Assembly (NCBI GenBank): GCA_977020255.1
Contig: CDROCS010003917.1
Span: forward strand, 1-64,000
Origin: Obrimoposthia wandeli
Taxonomy: Eukaryota
Direction of reading: 5' to 3'
Length of the DNA: 64,000 bases
The position numbers and the translations under genes were made by a program. Below, piece after piece: positions 10,798 through 21,819 of the stretch. Under the pieces are notes generated by a model. It was not told where the DNA came from. It did not search any database and saw nothing but the letters and a program-made list of their open reading frames with translations. Every line of letters begins with the position of its first letter. Position 1 is the first letter of the stretch.

Positions 10798-11562
10798 ATG
10801 CCTGCTGCTGTGAATAAAAAGCTTTCTCAATACAAGCGAATACTACTGAAATTAAGTGGGGAAGCGCTTACTGGAGAAGAAACTTTTGGTATAGATCCAA
10901 AAGTTTTAGATAGAATGTCACTGGAGATAGGCCAGTTGATTGGTATCGGAGTGCAGGTAGGTATAGTGATTGGTGGAGGTAATCTTTTTCGTGGAGCCGC
11001 ACTAAGCGCTAATGGTTTAGATAGAGTGACCGGTGATCATATGGGTATGCTAGCCACTGTGATGAATTCGCTGGCATTACGTGATTCGTTAGAGCGCGCC
11101 AATATTACCACCAGGGTAATGTCTGCAATTCCAATGAGTGGAGTGGTTGATCATTATGATAGACGTCATGCAATGCGTTACTTGAATCAAGGGGATGTTG
11201 TTATTTTCGCCGCAGGTACCGGCAACCCATTTTTCACGACTGACTCGGCGGCTTGCTTAAGAGGTATAGAAGTAGAAGCAGACGTGGTATTAAAAGCAAC
11301 TAAAGTCGATGGTGTTTATACCGCCGATCCAATGAAAGATACAACAGCTAAGCGATATTTGCATTTAGATTACGACGAAGTGTTGGATAAGCAGTTAGAA
11401 GTAATGGATTTAACCGCTATTTGTTTGACTCGAGATCACAATATGCCTATTAAGGTCTTTAATATGAATCGCCCTGGTGCTTTAGTGAATTTAGTGATGG
11501 GTGGAACAGAAGGCACATTGATAAGTAGCGAAGAATACACTGGAGAAAAGTATGCTGAATGA
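10798..11562 (+). CDS. pyrH: UMP kinase
   Basis: [53 protein letters not shown]. Start set at ATG 10798 after a GGAG RBS. Confidence 0.97.
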   Translation: MPAAVNKKLSQYKRILLKLSGEALTGEETFGIDPKVLDRMSLEIGQLIGIGVQVGIVIGGGNLFRGAALSANGLDRVTGDHMGMLATVMNSLALRDSLERANITTRVMSAIPMSGVVDHYDRRHAMRYLNQGDVVIFAAGTGNPFFTTDSAACLRGIEVEADVVLKATKVDGVYTADPMKDTTAKRYLHLDYDEVLDKQLEVMDLTAICLTRDHNMPIKVFNMNRPGALVNLVMGGTEGTLISSEEYTGEKYAE

Positions 11563-12109
11563 AATTATAAAAGAAGCTGAAGAGCGCATGCAAAAAAGCA
11601 GCACAGCTTTAGTTGATAACTTTAAGAAAATTCGTACCGGGCGTGCTCATCCAAGTATATTGGATACAGTGATGGTGGATTATTACGGATCAGCTGTGCC
11701 TTTATCGCAAGTAGCTAATATTTCGGTTGAAGATGCACGTACTCTAGCAATAGTGCCTTGGGAAAAGCCTATGGTGCCTGAAATAGAGAAAGCGATAATG
11801 AAATCATCTCTTGGTTTAAATCCTGCAACATCTGGTGAGCGAATTCGTGTGCCTATGCCCGCGCTAACGCAAGAGACACGCAAAGGTTTTATTCGTCAAG
11901 CGAGAGCTGAGGCTGAGAATGCTAAAGTGTCAGTGCGTAATGCGCGACGTGATGCTAATAGCCAAATAAAAGATCTTCTTAAAGAGAAGGAAATCTCTGA
12001 AGATGAAGATCGCAAAACTCAGGATAAAGTACAGCAATTAACTAATAAGTTTGTTGCAGATGTAGATGTGCTCCTTGAGAAAAAAGAAACGGACTTGATG
12101 GAAATATAA
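11552..12109 (+). CDS. frr: Ribosome recycling factor
   Basis: [35 protein letters not shown]. Confidence 0.97.
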   Translation: MLNEIIKEAEERMQKSSTALVDNFKKIRTGRAHPSILDTVMVDYYGSAVPLSQVANISVEDARTLAIVPWEKPMVPEIEKAIMKSSLGLNPATSGERIRVPMPALTQETRKGFIRQARAEAENAKVSVRNARRDANSQIKDLLKEKEISEDEDRKTQDKVQQLTNKFVADVDVLLEKKETDLMEI

Positions 12110-12154
12110 TGTAGTGGTCGTTTTAGGTTTTAAAGCGACCAGCATTTTAAAATT

Positions 12155-12910
12155 ATGACATTAAAAGCAGAATTAGGCTTATTAGCGGACGTCGACTTAC
12201 CTCAGCATGTTGCAGTTATAATGGACGGTAATAATCGCTGGGCCAAAAAACGCTATTTACCAAGCTTGGCTGGACATAAGGCTGGGGTGAAAAGTGTACG
12301 AAGTGTAATAGAGGGTTGTGTGGAGTTGGGAGTGAAGTCACTCAGCTTATTTGCTTTTAGTACTGAGAATTGGAAGCGTCCAACGCTCGAAGTAAAAGGA
12401 TTGATGGAGCTGTTTGGTATTGCTTTAGACCGTGAAACAAAGAAATTACATAAAAACAATATTCGTTTGATCGTTATCGGTGACAAAAGTCGTTTTAGTG
12501 AATCATTACAAAAGCGCATAAACAATGCTGAGCAACTAACAAAAGACAACGATGGCTTAATCCTTAATATTGCTGCAAATTATGGCGGCCAGTGGGATAT
12601 TGTGGAAGCGGCAAAGCATTTTGCTCGAGACTGTCTAGAAGGTAAATATACAGTTGAAGAGCTGGATACATCGTTATTTAATCAGTATGTACATTTAGCC
12701 GACCAAGCTAAGCCAGATTTATGTATCCGTACTGGCGGTGAAAGTCGCATTAGTAATTTTTTAGTATGGCAAATGGCCTATACAGAATATCATTTTGTTG
12801 ACTGTCTTTGGCCTGATTTTAATAAACAGCATCTTGTTGAAGCAATAAAAGATTTTACTTCAAGAGAGAGACGGTTCGGAAGAACAAGTGAGCAGTTAGA
12901 GGAAAAGTAA
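12155..12910 (+). CDS. uppS: Undecaprenyl diphosphate synthase
   Basis: [46 protein letters not shown]. Confidence 0.96.
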   Translation: MTLKAELGLLADVDLPQHVAVIMDGNNRWAKKRYLPSLAGHKAGVKSVRSVIEGCVELGVKSLSLFAFSTENWKRPTLEVKGLMELFGIALDRETKKLHKNNIRLIVIGDKSRFSESLQKRINNAEQLTKDNDGLILNIAANYGGQWDIVEAAKHFARDCLEGKYTVEELDTSLFNQYVHLADQAKPDLCIRTGGESRISNFLVWQMAYTEYHFVDCLWPDFNKQHLVEAIKDFTSRERRFGRTSEQLEEK

Positions 12911-12911
12911 G

Positions 12912-13724
12912 GTGCTTAAACAAAGAATAATAACCGCCTGTATTTTAGCTCCAATAGTAATAATTGGAATTTTTTTATTGCCCTTAATGGGGGTTGCTTT
13001 ATTTGTCGCTATTGTCGTGCTTATTGGAGCATGGGAGTGGGGGCCTTTTGTAGGATTGAAAAACACTAGCGCTAGGCTAGGGTTGGTAGCGTTAACAGCA
13101 GCATTATTAGCGGTAATTTGGTTTGGTTTTTTTGATCAGGTAATGGCTGTATTTATGCCTTTAGTCGTTTTGGTGTGGGTAGCGGCATTCTATTGGGTGA
13201 AAAGTTATCCATCAAGTGGGATATGGGATAAAAAAATCGTTGGTACAGCGCTTTGTCTTATATTATTAACAACAACATGGTGGAGCTTATTGCAGCTTAA
13301 GTTGCTCTCTACTGAAAACAGTTGGTTGTTGCTTATATTGCTGCTGGTGTGGTCTGCTGATATAGGTGCATATATTGCGGGAAAAACATTTGGTAAAAAA
13401 AAATTGGCACCCAATGTGAGTCCCGGCAAAACAGTAGAAGGTCTTATCGGTGGTGTAATAGCTGCTTGTGTTACTGCTCTAGTATTTAGCTACCTACATA
13501 ATATGCCTGTACATCAAGCTATCTACCTACTTATTTTAGGGGCTGCGATTTCGATGGTTTCAGTGTTAGGTGATCTTTTAGAAAGTATGTTGAAACGCCA
13601 TGCCGGTTTGAAAGATAGTGGGTCGTTACTGCCAGGTCATGGTGGTGTTTTGGATAGAATTGATAGTTTGCTAGCGGCAGCGCCGCTTTTTTTAATTGGT
13701 CTTCAATGGTTTCCGGTGGCTTAA
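12912..13724 (+). CDS. cdsA: Phosphatidate cytidylyltransferase
   Basis: [60 protein letters not shown]. Confidence 0.96.
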   Translation: MLKQRIITACILAPIVIIGIFLLPLMGVALFVAIVVLIGAWEWGPFVGLKNTSARLGLVALTAALLAVIWFGFFDQVMAVFMPLVVLVWVAAFYWVKSYPSSGIWDKKIVGTALCLILLTTTWWSLLQLKLLSTENSWLLLILLLVWSADIGAYIAGKTFGKKKLAPNVSPGKTVEGLIGGVIAACVTALVFSYLHNMPVHQAIYLLILGAAISMVSVLGDLLESMLKRHAGLKDSGSLLPGHGGVLDRIDSLLAAAPLFLIGLQWFPVA

Positions 13725-15089
13725 TTGGAATTTATTCAAACTGTATTATCTTTTGTTGTTACTTTAGGTGTTCTAGTTACTATTCACGAGTGGGGGCATT
13801 TTTATGTCGCTCGCCTTTGTGGTATCAAAGTTTTGCGTTTCTCAGTAGGGTTTGGCAAGGTACTCTATTCTAGAAAAGACCGCCAAGGAACAGAGTTTGC
13901 TTTGGCGTTAATCCCTTTAGGGGGTTATGTGAAAATGCTGGATGAACGCGAAGGGGATGTAAGCCCTGAGCAGAAAGCGATGGCTTTTAACAATAAAAAC
14001 GTATGGCAACGAATCGCTGTCGTGGCAGCAGGGCCGATAGTTAATTTGTTGTTTGCTGTACTAGTTTATTGGGTGCTTTTTGTCAATGGCGTTAGTTCAG
14101 TAGTGCCTATTGTCGGATCTGTTGTAAAAGATTCTATAGCAGAGCAAGTAAATCTGCCGATCGGTGGAGAGATTTTGCAAATTGATGGTCAGAAAATAAA
14201 ATCATGGCAAGATGTTAATTTAGCTTTGGCAAGACGTATTGGCGAGTCTGGTTCTTTGAGTGTCATAATTCAAGGAGGTGAGGGTCAGGATTCTTTTAAG
14301 CGAGATACTTATAGTATAGAGCTAGAAAATTGGTCTGTTGACTTAGAAAAACAAAGCCCAGTTCATAGTATCGGTATATTACCGATGAGGCCTGAAGTTA
14401 AAGCGGTTTTGGCAAGTGTTAGTCCCGATAGTCGTGCAAACCAAGCGGGTCTAAAGCAGCATGACAAAGTATTAGCAATATCCGGACGTGAGATCAGTAA
14501 TTGGCAAGAATTAGTCAGTCTGGTTAAGTCTTCACCAGAGCAATCTCTGCTATTTAAAATTGAGCGTTTGGGTAGTATCAAAGAAATTTCTATAACTCCA
14601 GCTGAAAAGACGCTAAAATCTGGTCAGAAAATTGGCTTTATAGGGGTTGGTGTTGCGGCACCCGAATGGCCTGAACATATGATAAGAAACTATCAATCAG
14701 GTGTAGTAGAAGGTTTTTTCGAAGGCGTGCAAAACACTTGGAAAATGATGAGTTTAACCTTAGATTCAATTAAAAAAATGATTCAAGGGCTCATCTCTGT
14801 TAAAAATCTTAGCGGACCTATTACCATCGCTAAGGTGGCTGCTCAAAGTGCTCAATCAGGTTTTGAAGCTTATCTAAGTTTCCTAGCCTATTTAAGTATT
14901 AGTTTAGGGGTTCTTAATTTATTGCCAATACCCATGCTAGATGGTGGGCATTTATTTTATTATGCAATAGAAGTGATTAAGGGTAAGCCTGTATCTGAGC
15001 GTATACAAGAGATAGGACTAAGGGTTGGCATGGCGTTATTGTTTAGTATGATGGCAATAGCAATGTTTAATGATGTAATGCGATTATAG
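13725..15089 (+). CDS. rseP: RIP metalloprotease RseP (two PDZ domains)
   Basis: HEWGH zinc motif, FSVGFG, AAGP, NLLPIPMLDGGH. TTG start abuts the cdsA stop. Confidence 0.95.
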   Translation: MEFIQTVLSFVVTLGVLVTIHEWGHFYVARLCGIKVLRFSVGFGKVLYSRKDRQGTEFALALIPLGGYVKMLDEREGDVSPEQKAMAFNNKNVWQRIAVVAAGPIVNLLFAVLVYWVLFVNGVSSVVPIVGSVVKDSIAEQVNLPIGGEILQIDGQKIKSWQDVNLALARRIGESGSLSVIIQGGEGQDSFKRDTYSIELENWSVDLEKQSPVHSIGILPMRPEVKAVLASVSPDSRANQAGLKQHDKVLAISGREISNWQELVSLVKSSPEQSLLFKIERLGSIKEISITPAEKTLKSGQKIGFIGVGVAAPEWPEHMIRNYQSGVVEGFFEGVQNTWKMMSLTLDSIKKMIQGLISVKNLSGPITIAKVAAQSAQSGFEAYLSFLAYLSISLGVLNLLPIPMLDGGHLFYYAIEVIKGKPVSERIQEIGLRVGMALLFSMMAIAMFNDVMRL

Positions 15090-15131
15090 TTAAGTGATAC
15101 GCAATTAATGTACTTAATAGAGAAGAAATTC

Positions 15132-17453
15132 ATGAAAAAACAGTTAGGGCTATTACTCGGTTTTTTGTTTTGGGCTAATATTGCTTCAGCGGCATTTCCA
15201 GCGTTTAAAGTGCAGGATATTCGCTTAGAAGGTATACAAAGCGTAGAACCTGGCATCGTTTTTCATAATTTTCCAATAAGTACAGGGGAGTTTATAACTC
15301 AACAAGTACTGAGTTCAGCTGTGAAAAAGCTATATAAATCTGGATACTTTCAGAATATTGAAGTTGAACGTGAAGGTAATGTATTGATCTTGAAAATGGT
15401 GGAAAGGCCCGCTATAGGTAAGATACGCATCAAAGGCAATAAAATAATAAAAACTGAGCAATTGAAAGAAGGTCTAGAAGGCTCTGGCCTAAAAGAAGGT
15501 ATTGTTTTCAAACAATCAGCCTTGGAACGGATTAAAGCGGAATTACAAACTGTTTACGCTTCCCAAGGACGTTATAATGCAAAAATTGATGCTCAAGTTG
15601 AACCTTTGGAAGGTAATAGAATTGCGTTAAATATTACGATTAAGGAAGGAAAAGTTGCCAAGATAAACCATATTAATATTGTAGGCAATAATGTGTATGG
15701 AAATGAAAGGTTGCAAGAACTTTTTACTTCAAAGCTGCCTTCATTTTGGTCTTGGTTTAGTAAGGATGATCGTTACTCTAGAGAAAAACTTGCTGCTGAT
15801 ATAGAAAGAGTACGCTCATTTTACTTGGATCGCGGTTATATAAACTTCAAGGTGACTTCTACACAAGTTTCAATTTCTCCTGATAAGCGTAGCGTGTTTA
15901 TTAGCATCAATGTTAATGAAGGTGCTAAGTTTGAAATCGGTGAAATTTCTATCAAAGGTGAATTAGTAGTGCCTGAAGCTGATTTACGCAACCAAATAAG
16001 CTTTAAGACGGGGGATGTGTTCTCTCGAAAAAATATTGGCGCCTCTAGTGAAAGTATGTTGAATGTCTTGGGGAATAACGGATATATGTTTGCTGATATT
16101 CAGCCTTCCCCAAGCGTTGTAAGTGATACTGTTGTAGATATAAATTTTTATTTAAGGCCAGGTAAGCGTACCTATGTACGAAGAATAAATATTAAAGGTA
16201 ACGAAAAAACGGCAGATTTAGTGATTCGCAGACAGCTTAAGCAGATGGAATCAGCGCTAGCATCAAGTGAAAATATTACTAAATCTAAAGAAAGTTTAGA
16301 TCGATCCGGTTTCTTTTCAGATGTGTCTATTGCAACAACACCTGTTGCGGGTACTGATGATCAGATTGATGTAGATTTAACAGTACAAGAGCGAGCATCA
16401 GGTAATTTCACAGCGAGTATTGGCTTTTCGCAAAGTGAAAACGTAATCTTAGATTTTGGCATTAGCCAAGACAATTTCCTGGGTTCGGGTAACAGAGTTA
16501 GTGCAAATATTACGAAATCAGAGGTGACAAGAGAGCTGCGTTTAGATTATACCAATCCATTTTATACAGTTGATGGAGTGAGTCGTGGATTTGATGCGTA
16601 TTATAGAAAAGAAGATTTTGCCGAAAACTCATCAAGTAAATATAAAATAGATGAATATGGTGGTGGGGTTACTTTTGGCTATCCTATCAATGAATACCAG
16701 AGAGTGTCAGTTCGCTTTGGCGCAGAAGATATCACAGTAGAACCAAACACAATAACCAGTTCAGAAGTCGCTGCATACACTGCTAAGAATGGCGATAATT
16801 TTATCAATACTAATGCGACACTCTATTGGAGTGAAAACAAACTTAATCGTGGTGTTTTTCCAACCAATGGTCGCAAGCAAACGGTCAGTCTAGAAGTTGC
16901 AATTCCAGGAAGTGATTTAAGTTATTATAAGTTGTCTTATAAAGGATCGTGGATTAAATCGATTACGTTCGACGAAAAGTGGTTAGTGGGAGCGAGAGGG
17001 AATTTAGGTTATGCTGATTCCTTAGGGAATAAGGACTTCCCGTTCTTTAAGAACTTCTTTGCAGGTGGTATAGGTTCAATGCGAGGAGTATCGGCAAATT
17101 CATTAGGTCCAAAAGATAGTGAAGTCGACTCAATTGGCGGTAATGTACTAATAACGGGTGGAGCCGATTTAATATTCCCTATACCTGGGATTGATGATGC
17201 TCAAAAGTATCGCACTTCATTATTTGTTGATGCTGGCGGTATCTTCGCCACTGATTGTTTACCCAAAGGTGACTCTACAACCTCTGTTTGTAATGAAGGT
17301 ATAGACTTACAAGATATGAAGTACTCAGCTGGGTTAGGGTTTACTTGGATAACACCATTAGGACCTCTTACCTTCTCCTATGCTAAGCTGCTTAATAAAA
17401 AAGATGGAGATGACGAGAAAACCTTTGATTTTACTTTAGGCGGTACTTTCTAG
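15132..17453 (+). CDS. bamA: Outer-membrane protein assembly factor BamA
   Basis: Signal peptide, POTRA repeats (YASQGRYNA, FYLDRGY, GNEKTADLVIRR), loop-6 motif MRGVSANSLGP, C-terminal FTLGGTF. Start set at ATG 15132. Confidence 0.95.
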   Translation: MKKQLGLLLGFLFWANIASAAFPAFKVQDIRLEGIQSVEPGIVFHNFPISTGEFITQQVLSSAVKKLYKSGYFQNIEVEREGNVLILKMVERPAIGKIRIKGNKIIKTEQLKEGLEGSGLKEGIVFKQSALERIKAELQTVYASQGRYNAKIDAQVEPLEGNRIALNITIKEGKVAKINHINIVGNNVYGNERLQELFTSKLPSFWSWFSKDDRYSREKLAADIERVRSFYLDRGYINFKVTSTQVSISPDKRSVFISINVNEGAKFEIGEISIKGELVVPEADLRNQISFKTGDVFSRKNIGASSESMLNVLGNNGYMFADIQPSPSVVSDTVVDINFYLRPGKRTYVRRINIKGNEKTADLVIRRQLKQMESALASSENITKSKESLDRSGFFSDVSIATTPVAGTDDQIDVDLTVQERASGNFTASIGFSQSENVILDFGISQDNFLGSGNRVSANITKSEVTRELRLDYTNPFYTVDGVSRGFDAYYRKEDFAENSSSKYKIDEYGGGVTFGYPINEYQRVSVRFGAEDITVEPNTITSSEVAAYTAKNGDNFINTNATLYWSENKLNRGVFPTNGRKQTVSLEVAIPGSDLSYYKLSYKGSWIKSITFDEKWLVGARGNLGYADSLGNKDFPFFKNFFAGGIGSMRGVSANSLGPKDSEVDSIGGNVLITGGADLIFPIPGIDDAQKYRTSLFVDAGGIFATDCLPKGDSTTSVCNEGIDLQDMKYSAGLGFTWITPLGPLTFSYAKLLNKKDGDDEKTFDFTLGGTF

Positions 17454-17674
17454 TAATAACTTAAACTATCAGATGCACAATGTAGATTTTTCTGAGCAAT
17501 GCGTATCTGATAATGTGCTGAAGCACTCAGCACTTAATAGTTAAAGCATGTATAGATAGTGCTAGTAAGTGATGACTTTCGAATATAATAAAGCTATCAC
17601 TGTAGCTATTGGATATTTTCTTAAAGGTTATTTTGGATATTTTTGACGTAAGAAATAAATAATAGAGGTGTTAA

Positions 17675-18718
17675 GTGTTCAGTGTTGCTCAGATAGCCAG
17701 TTTTTTGCAAGCAGATGTAATAGGTGATCATAATCTACAAATAACTAATTTAGCGCCTCTTTCTACAGCAGAAGAAGGGGCTATTAGTTTTTGTGCTCAA
17801 AAAAAATCCCTTCCTACTTTACGTACATGCAAAGCTTCAGCAGTTTTGGTCACTGCTACTGAACAAAGCTCGGTTTTAAATAGTGCTATTGTGGTCGATG
17901 ATCCGTACCTAGCATTTGCTAAAATTAGTCAATGGTTTGATTGGCGAACAAAGTTAATAGCGGGTGTTGCTGATAGTAGTAAAATAGCAGAGTCGGCTAA
18001 CGTCGCCAGTTCAGCTCAGGTATGCCATGGTGTTGTGGTAGGAGAAAACAGCTCAATAGGTGAAAACTGTTATATTGGCCCAAACGTAGTGGTAGCGGAC
18101 AATTGTGTTATAGAGGCTAATACCCGTATTGAAGCGGGTGTAGTGTTATACCAAGACGTTAGAATAGGCGAGAATTGTCATATGCATGCTAATGCAGTAA
18201 TAGGTGCAGATGGGTTTGGGTTTGCTAAAAAAGCGGTTGGCTGGCAAAAAATCTGCCAGTTAGGTGGTGTTCGTATTGGTAGAGATGTAGAAATAGGTGC
18301 TTCAACGACGGTTGATCGAGGCGCATTGTCAAATACAATAATAGGCGATGGTGTCAAATTGGATAATCAAATTCAAATTGGACACAATGTCAATCTAGGT
18401 GATCACAGTGCCGTTGCAGCAAGCACTGCGATAGCAGGTAGTACTAACATTGGCGAAAATTGTACTATTGCTGGAATGTGTGGCATTGCAGGTCATATAG
18501 ATATTATTGCCGGCACGCACATCACGGGTATGAGCATGGTGAGCAACTCTATCAAAAAAGCGGGCGTTTATTCTTCAGGAACAGGCACTGAAGAACACCA
18601 CAGTTGGAAGCGTAATGTAGTACGGTTTCGAAGCTTAGATACTATAGCAAAGCGTATAAAAGTATTAGAAGGGGAAGTGAAAGCACTTTCGCTAGAGGAG
18701 AATAAAGGCAAAGTATGA
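17675..18718 (+). CDS. lpxD: UDP-3-O-acylglucosamine N-acyltransferase
   Basis: [10 protein letters not shown], hexapeptide repeats, [20 protein letters not shown]. Confidence 0.95.
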   Translation: MFSVAQIASFLQADVIGDHNLQITNLAPLSTAEEGAISFCAQKKSLPTLRTCKASAVLVTATEQSSVLNSAIVVDDPYLAFAKISQWFDWRTKLIAGVADSSKIAESANVASSAQVCHGVVVGENSSIGENCYIGPNVVVADNCVIEANTRIEAGVVLYQDVRIGENCHMHANAVIGADGFGFAKKAVGWQKICQLGGVRIGRDVEIGASTTVDRGALSNTIIGDGVKLDNQIQIGHNVNLGDHSAVAASTAIAGSTNIGENCTIAGMCGIAGHIDIIAGTHITGMSMVSNSIKKAGVYSSGTGTEEHHSWKRNVVRFRSLDTIAKRIKVLEGEVKALSLEENKGKV

Positions 18719-19149
18719 TAATGGACATAAATCAAATTCGTGAATATCTACCCCATCGTTACCCATTTTTATTGGTTGATCGTGTTGAAGAGTTAGTGCT
18801 GGGTGAGTCAATTAAAGCCTATAAAAATGTGACCGTAAATGAGCCTTTTTTTAATGGTCATTTTCCGGAGCAGCCAGTTATGCCGGGTGTATTAATCGTC
18901 GAAGCTATGGCGCAGGCAGCTGGGATTTTAGGTTTCAAAACGATGGATAAAACCCCTCAAGACGGTTCAATATATTACTTTGTAGGGTCAGATAAGCTGC
19001 GTTTTAAGAAGCCGGTCGTACCGGGAGATAGGTTAGATTTATTTGCTAAGATAGTTTCTGAAAAACGTGGTATTTGGAAGTTTGAAGTCAAAGCCGAGGT
19101 TGCAGGTAAAATTGTAAGTTCAGCGACTATTCTTTGCGCTGATCGCTAG
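18715..19149 (+). CDS. fabZ: 3-hydroxyacyl-ACP dehydratase
   Basis: [35 protein letters not shown]. Confidence 0.97.
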   Translation: MIMDINQIREYLPHRYPFLLVDRVEELVLGESIKAYKNVTVNEPFFNGHFPEQPVMPGVLIVEAMAQAAGILGFKTMDKTPQDGSIYYFVGSDKLRFKKPVVPGDRLDLFAKIVSEKRGIWKFEVKAEVAGKIVSSATILCADR

Positions 19150-19158
19150 GTATTAACG

Positions 19159-19947
19159 TTGATTGAAACAAATTCATTAATTCATCCCAGTGCAATAATA
19201 GATCCTAGTGCACAGCTAGCTGATAACGTACAAGTAGGACCTTGGAGCATTATAGGTGCTAATGTGCAGATTGATTCAGGCACGATAATTTCCTCCCATG
19301 TAGTGATTAAAGGTGCTTGTAGAATTGGAAAGAATAATCAAATTTTTCAATTTTGCTCTATTGGTGAAGACTGCCAAGACAAAAAATATCAAGGCGAACT
19401 TACCTATTTAGAAATAGGTGACGATAATGTGTTTCGTGAAAGTTGCACTATTCATCGTGGGACTATACAAGACAAGAGTGTTACTAAAATAGGTAGCCGA
19501 AATTTATTTATGGTTAATGTGCATATAGCGCACGATTGCATAATAGGTAACGATATTATTTTGGCGAATAATACAGCCGCTGCTGGGCACGTAATTATAA
19601 ATGATCGGGCAATATTAGGCGGCTTTAGTGCAATACATCAATTTTGCCATATTGGTAATTCTGTAATGTGTGGTGCCGGCACTGTTATTTTAAAAGATAT
19701 ACCCGCTTTTGTAATGGCCAGTGGTAACCCTGCTAAGCCTTTTGGCATTAATAGTGAAGGGTTAAGAAGGCAAGGTTATTCAGCTGCATTAATTACTGAA
19801 ATTAAGCGCGCTTACAAAATAGTATACCGCCAACAACTTTCAATTGAAGATGCGATATCTAAGTTACAAGCAATGGCAGAAAAGCATGACGCTATTCAGC
19901 TTCTTACTCAATCTTTAGTGCAATCTAATCGCGGTATTATTCGCTAG
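19159..19947 (+). CDS. lpxA: UDP-N-acetylglucosamine acyltransferase
   Basis: IHPSAIIDP, IGEDCQDKKY, RESCTIHRGT, HIAHDC, HQFCHIG. Confidence 0.96.
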   Translation: MIETNSLIHPSAIIDPSAQLADNVQVGPWSIIGANVQIDSGTIISSHVVIKGACRIGKNNQIFQFCSIGEDCQDKKYQGELTYLEIGDDNVFRESCTIHRGTIQDKSVTKIGSRNLFMVNVHIAHDCIIGNDIILANNTAAAGHVIINDRAILGGFSAIHQFCHIGNSVMCGAGTVILKDIPAFVMASGNPAKPFGINSEGLRRQGYSAALITEIKRAYKIVYRQQLSIEDAISKLQAMAEKHDAIQLLTQSLVQSNRGIIR

Positions 19948-21131
19948 TGCCATATGATAAACCAGCTGTTAATAAAAGGCCTCTTCGCGTTGCTATTATC
20001 GCAGGTGAAGCTTCTGGCGATATTTTAGGTGCTGGTTTAATAGAAGCACTTAAAAAGCGCTATTCAGATGTTGAATTTTACGGTATCGCTGGCCCATTAA
20101 TGATTGAACAAGGTTGTTATAGCAAAGTCGCTATGGATCAGCTGTCGGTTATGGGTATTGTAGAAGTGTTATCACGATTGCCAAAATTACTTTCTTTACA
20201 GAAAGGTTTAATTACTCAATTCCTGCAAGATCCTCCTGATATATTTATTGGTATAGATGCACCTGATTTTAATTTAAAAATTGAATTAGCATTGAAAGAA
20301 GCTGGCATATTAACCGTGCACTATGTCAGTCCTTCTGTATGGGCATGGAAAGCTAAACGAATTTATAAGATAAAAAAAGCAGTAGATTTACTGTTAAGTT
20401 TATTTCCTTTTGAAGCGCAGTATTACCAAAAGACAAAGCAAAAAATTGCGTATGTAGGGCATCCATTAGCTGAAATTATCAGTAGTGAATATAATATTGC
20501 AGCTTGCAAGCAAGAGTTTGGCTTTAAACCCGAGGACCAAGTGGTTGCATTACTTCCAGGCAGTCGTAGTAGTGAAATTAAATACTTATTACCGGTTTTT
20601 TTACAAGCGGCTGACATGCTATTAAAGAGACATCCACACATCAAGTTTTTGCTACCTGCCGTAAACCAGCAGCGCTACGCTGAAATTAACGTTTTATTAG
20701 CGCGCTGCCCCCAATTGTCAGTAACACTTGTCTTGCAGCGTTCTAGATCTGTTATGCGCGCGGCTGATGCTATATTGATCGCCTCGGGCACCGCTACTTT
20801 AGAAGCGGCTTTATTAGGTAAGCCTATGGTGGTTGCTTATAAAATGGCAGCATTGACCTATGCCATTTATTCGAGAATGATTAAAACTAAGTATGTATCG
20901 CTACCTAATATTTTAGCTGATGAAATGCTAGTCCCTGAGTTACTACAGCACGAAGCAACGCCAGAAAAGTTAAGTGTAGCTGTTGAGCAAGCGCTTACAG
21001 ATCAAACTAGACGATTATACTTACAATCAAAATTCAAAGAAATTCACAGTCAATTGAACATGTCAGCGAATGAACGGGCGGCTGATGCAATCCAAAGTCT
21101 ATTGAATTCATCTCCTCTAGAAAGCAGCTAA
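19947..21131 (+). CDS. lpxB: Lipid-A-disaccharide synthase
   Basis: IAGEASGDILG, GIDAPDFN, HYVSPSVWAW, LLPGSRSSEI, ASGTATLE. Confidence 0.96.
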   Translation: MPYDKPAVNKRPLRVAIIAGEASGDILGAGLIEALKKRYSDVEFYGIAGPLMIEQGCYSKVAMDQLSVMGIVEVLSRLPKLLSLQKGLITQFLQDPPDIFIGIDAPDFNLKIELALKEAGILTVHYVSPSVWAWKAKRIYKIKKAVDLLLSLFPFEAQYYQKTKQKIAYVGHPLAEIISSEYNIAACKQEFGFKPEDQVVALLPGSRSSEIKYLLPVFLQAADMLLKRHPHIKFLLPAVNQQRYAEINVLLARCPQLSVTLVLQRSRSVMRAADAILIASGTATLEAALLGKPMVVAYKMAALTYAIYSRMIKTKYVSLPNILADEMLVPELLQHEATPEKLSVAVEQALTDQTRRLYLQSKFKEIHSQLNMSANERAADAIQSLLNSSPLESS

Positions 21132-21150
21132 ATAAATTAAAGAGAATTTA

Positions 21151-21744
21151 ATGTTAGATTTAGAGCAATATAAATATATGCTTATGCTAGCGGGTTGCGA
21201 TGAAGTTGGTCGTGGTCCATTAATAGGAGATGTAGTCTCTGCTGCCGTTATCCTCGACCTTGATAGACCTATTGTGGGTTTAGCTGACTCTAAAAAACTT
21301 AGCGAAAAGAAGCGAAACTATCTCTATCAGCAAATTGTAGAAAATGCCCTATGTTATGCAGTAGGTAGAGCTAGCCCTACTGAAATTGATCAAATCAATA
21401 TATTACAGGCGAGCATGCTTTCAATGAAGCGAGCTATTGAAGGGTTAAGTTTGCAGCCCCAGATGGTGTTAGTGGACGGTAATCGATGCCCTGAAATAGC
21501 TTTTCCTTGTGCCGCGATAGTAAAAGGGGATGCAAAAGTTGCAGCGATCAGCGCAGCTTCTATTGTTGCCAAAGTAGTGCGTGATAAAGAAATGGTGGCG
21601 CTACATGAAGCACATCCAGAATATGGTTTTGATCGCCATAAAGGTTACCCAACTAAAGAGCATATGGCAGCCTTGGCAACTTATGGCCCATTAGCAATGC
21701 ATCGTAAGAGTTTTAAGCCAGTACGTGTATTGCTAGAGCGCTAG
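21151..21744 (+). CDS. rnhB: Ribonuclease HII
   Basis: [40 protein letters not shown]. Confidence 0.96.
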   Translation: MLDLEQYKYMLMLAGCDEVGRGPLIGDVVSAAVILDLDRPIVGLADSKKLSEKKRNYLYQQIVENALCYAVGRASPTEIDQINILQASMLSMKRAIEGLSLQPQMVLVDGNRCPEIAFPCAAIVKGDAKVAAISAASIVAKVVRDKEMVALHEAHPEYGFDRHKGYPTKEHMAALATYGPLAMHRKSFKPVRVLLER

Positions 21745-21819
21745 GTTTTAAAGTTATAAAATTAGAAATAGCATAATGATTAGTTTAAAAATGATACCAA
21801 GTACGGAATTAAAATAAGT

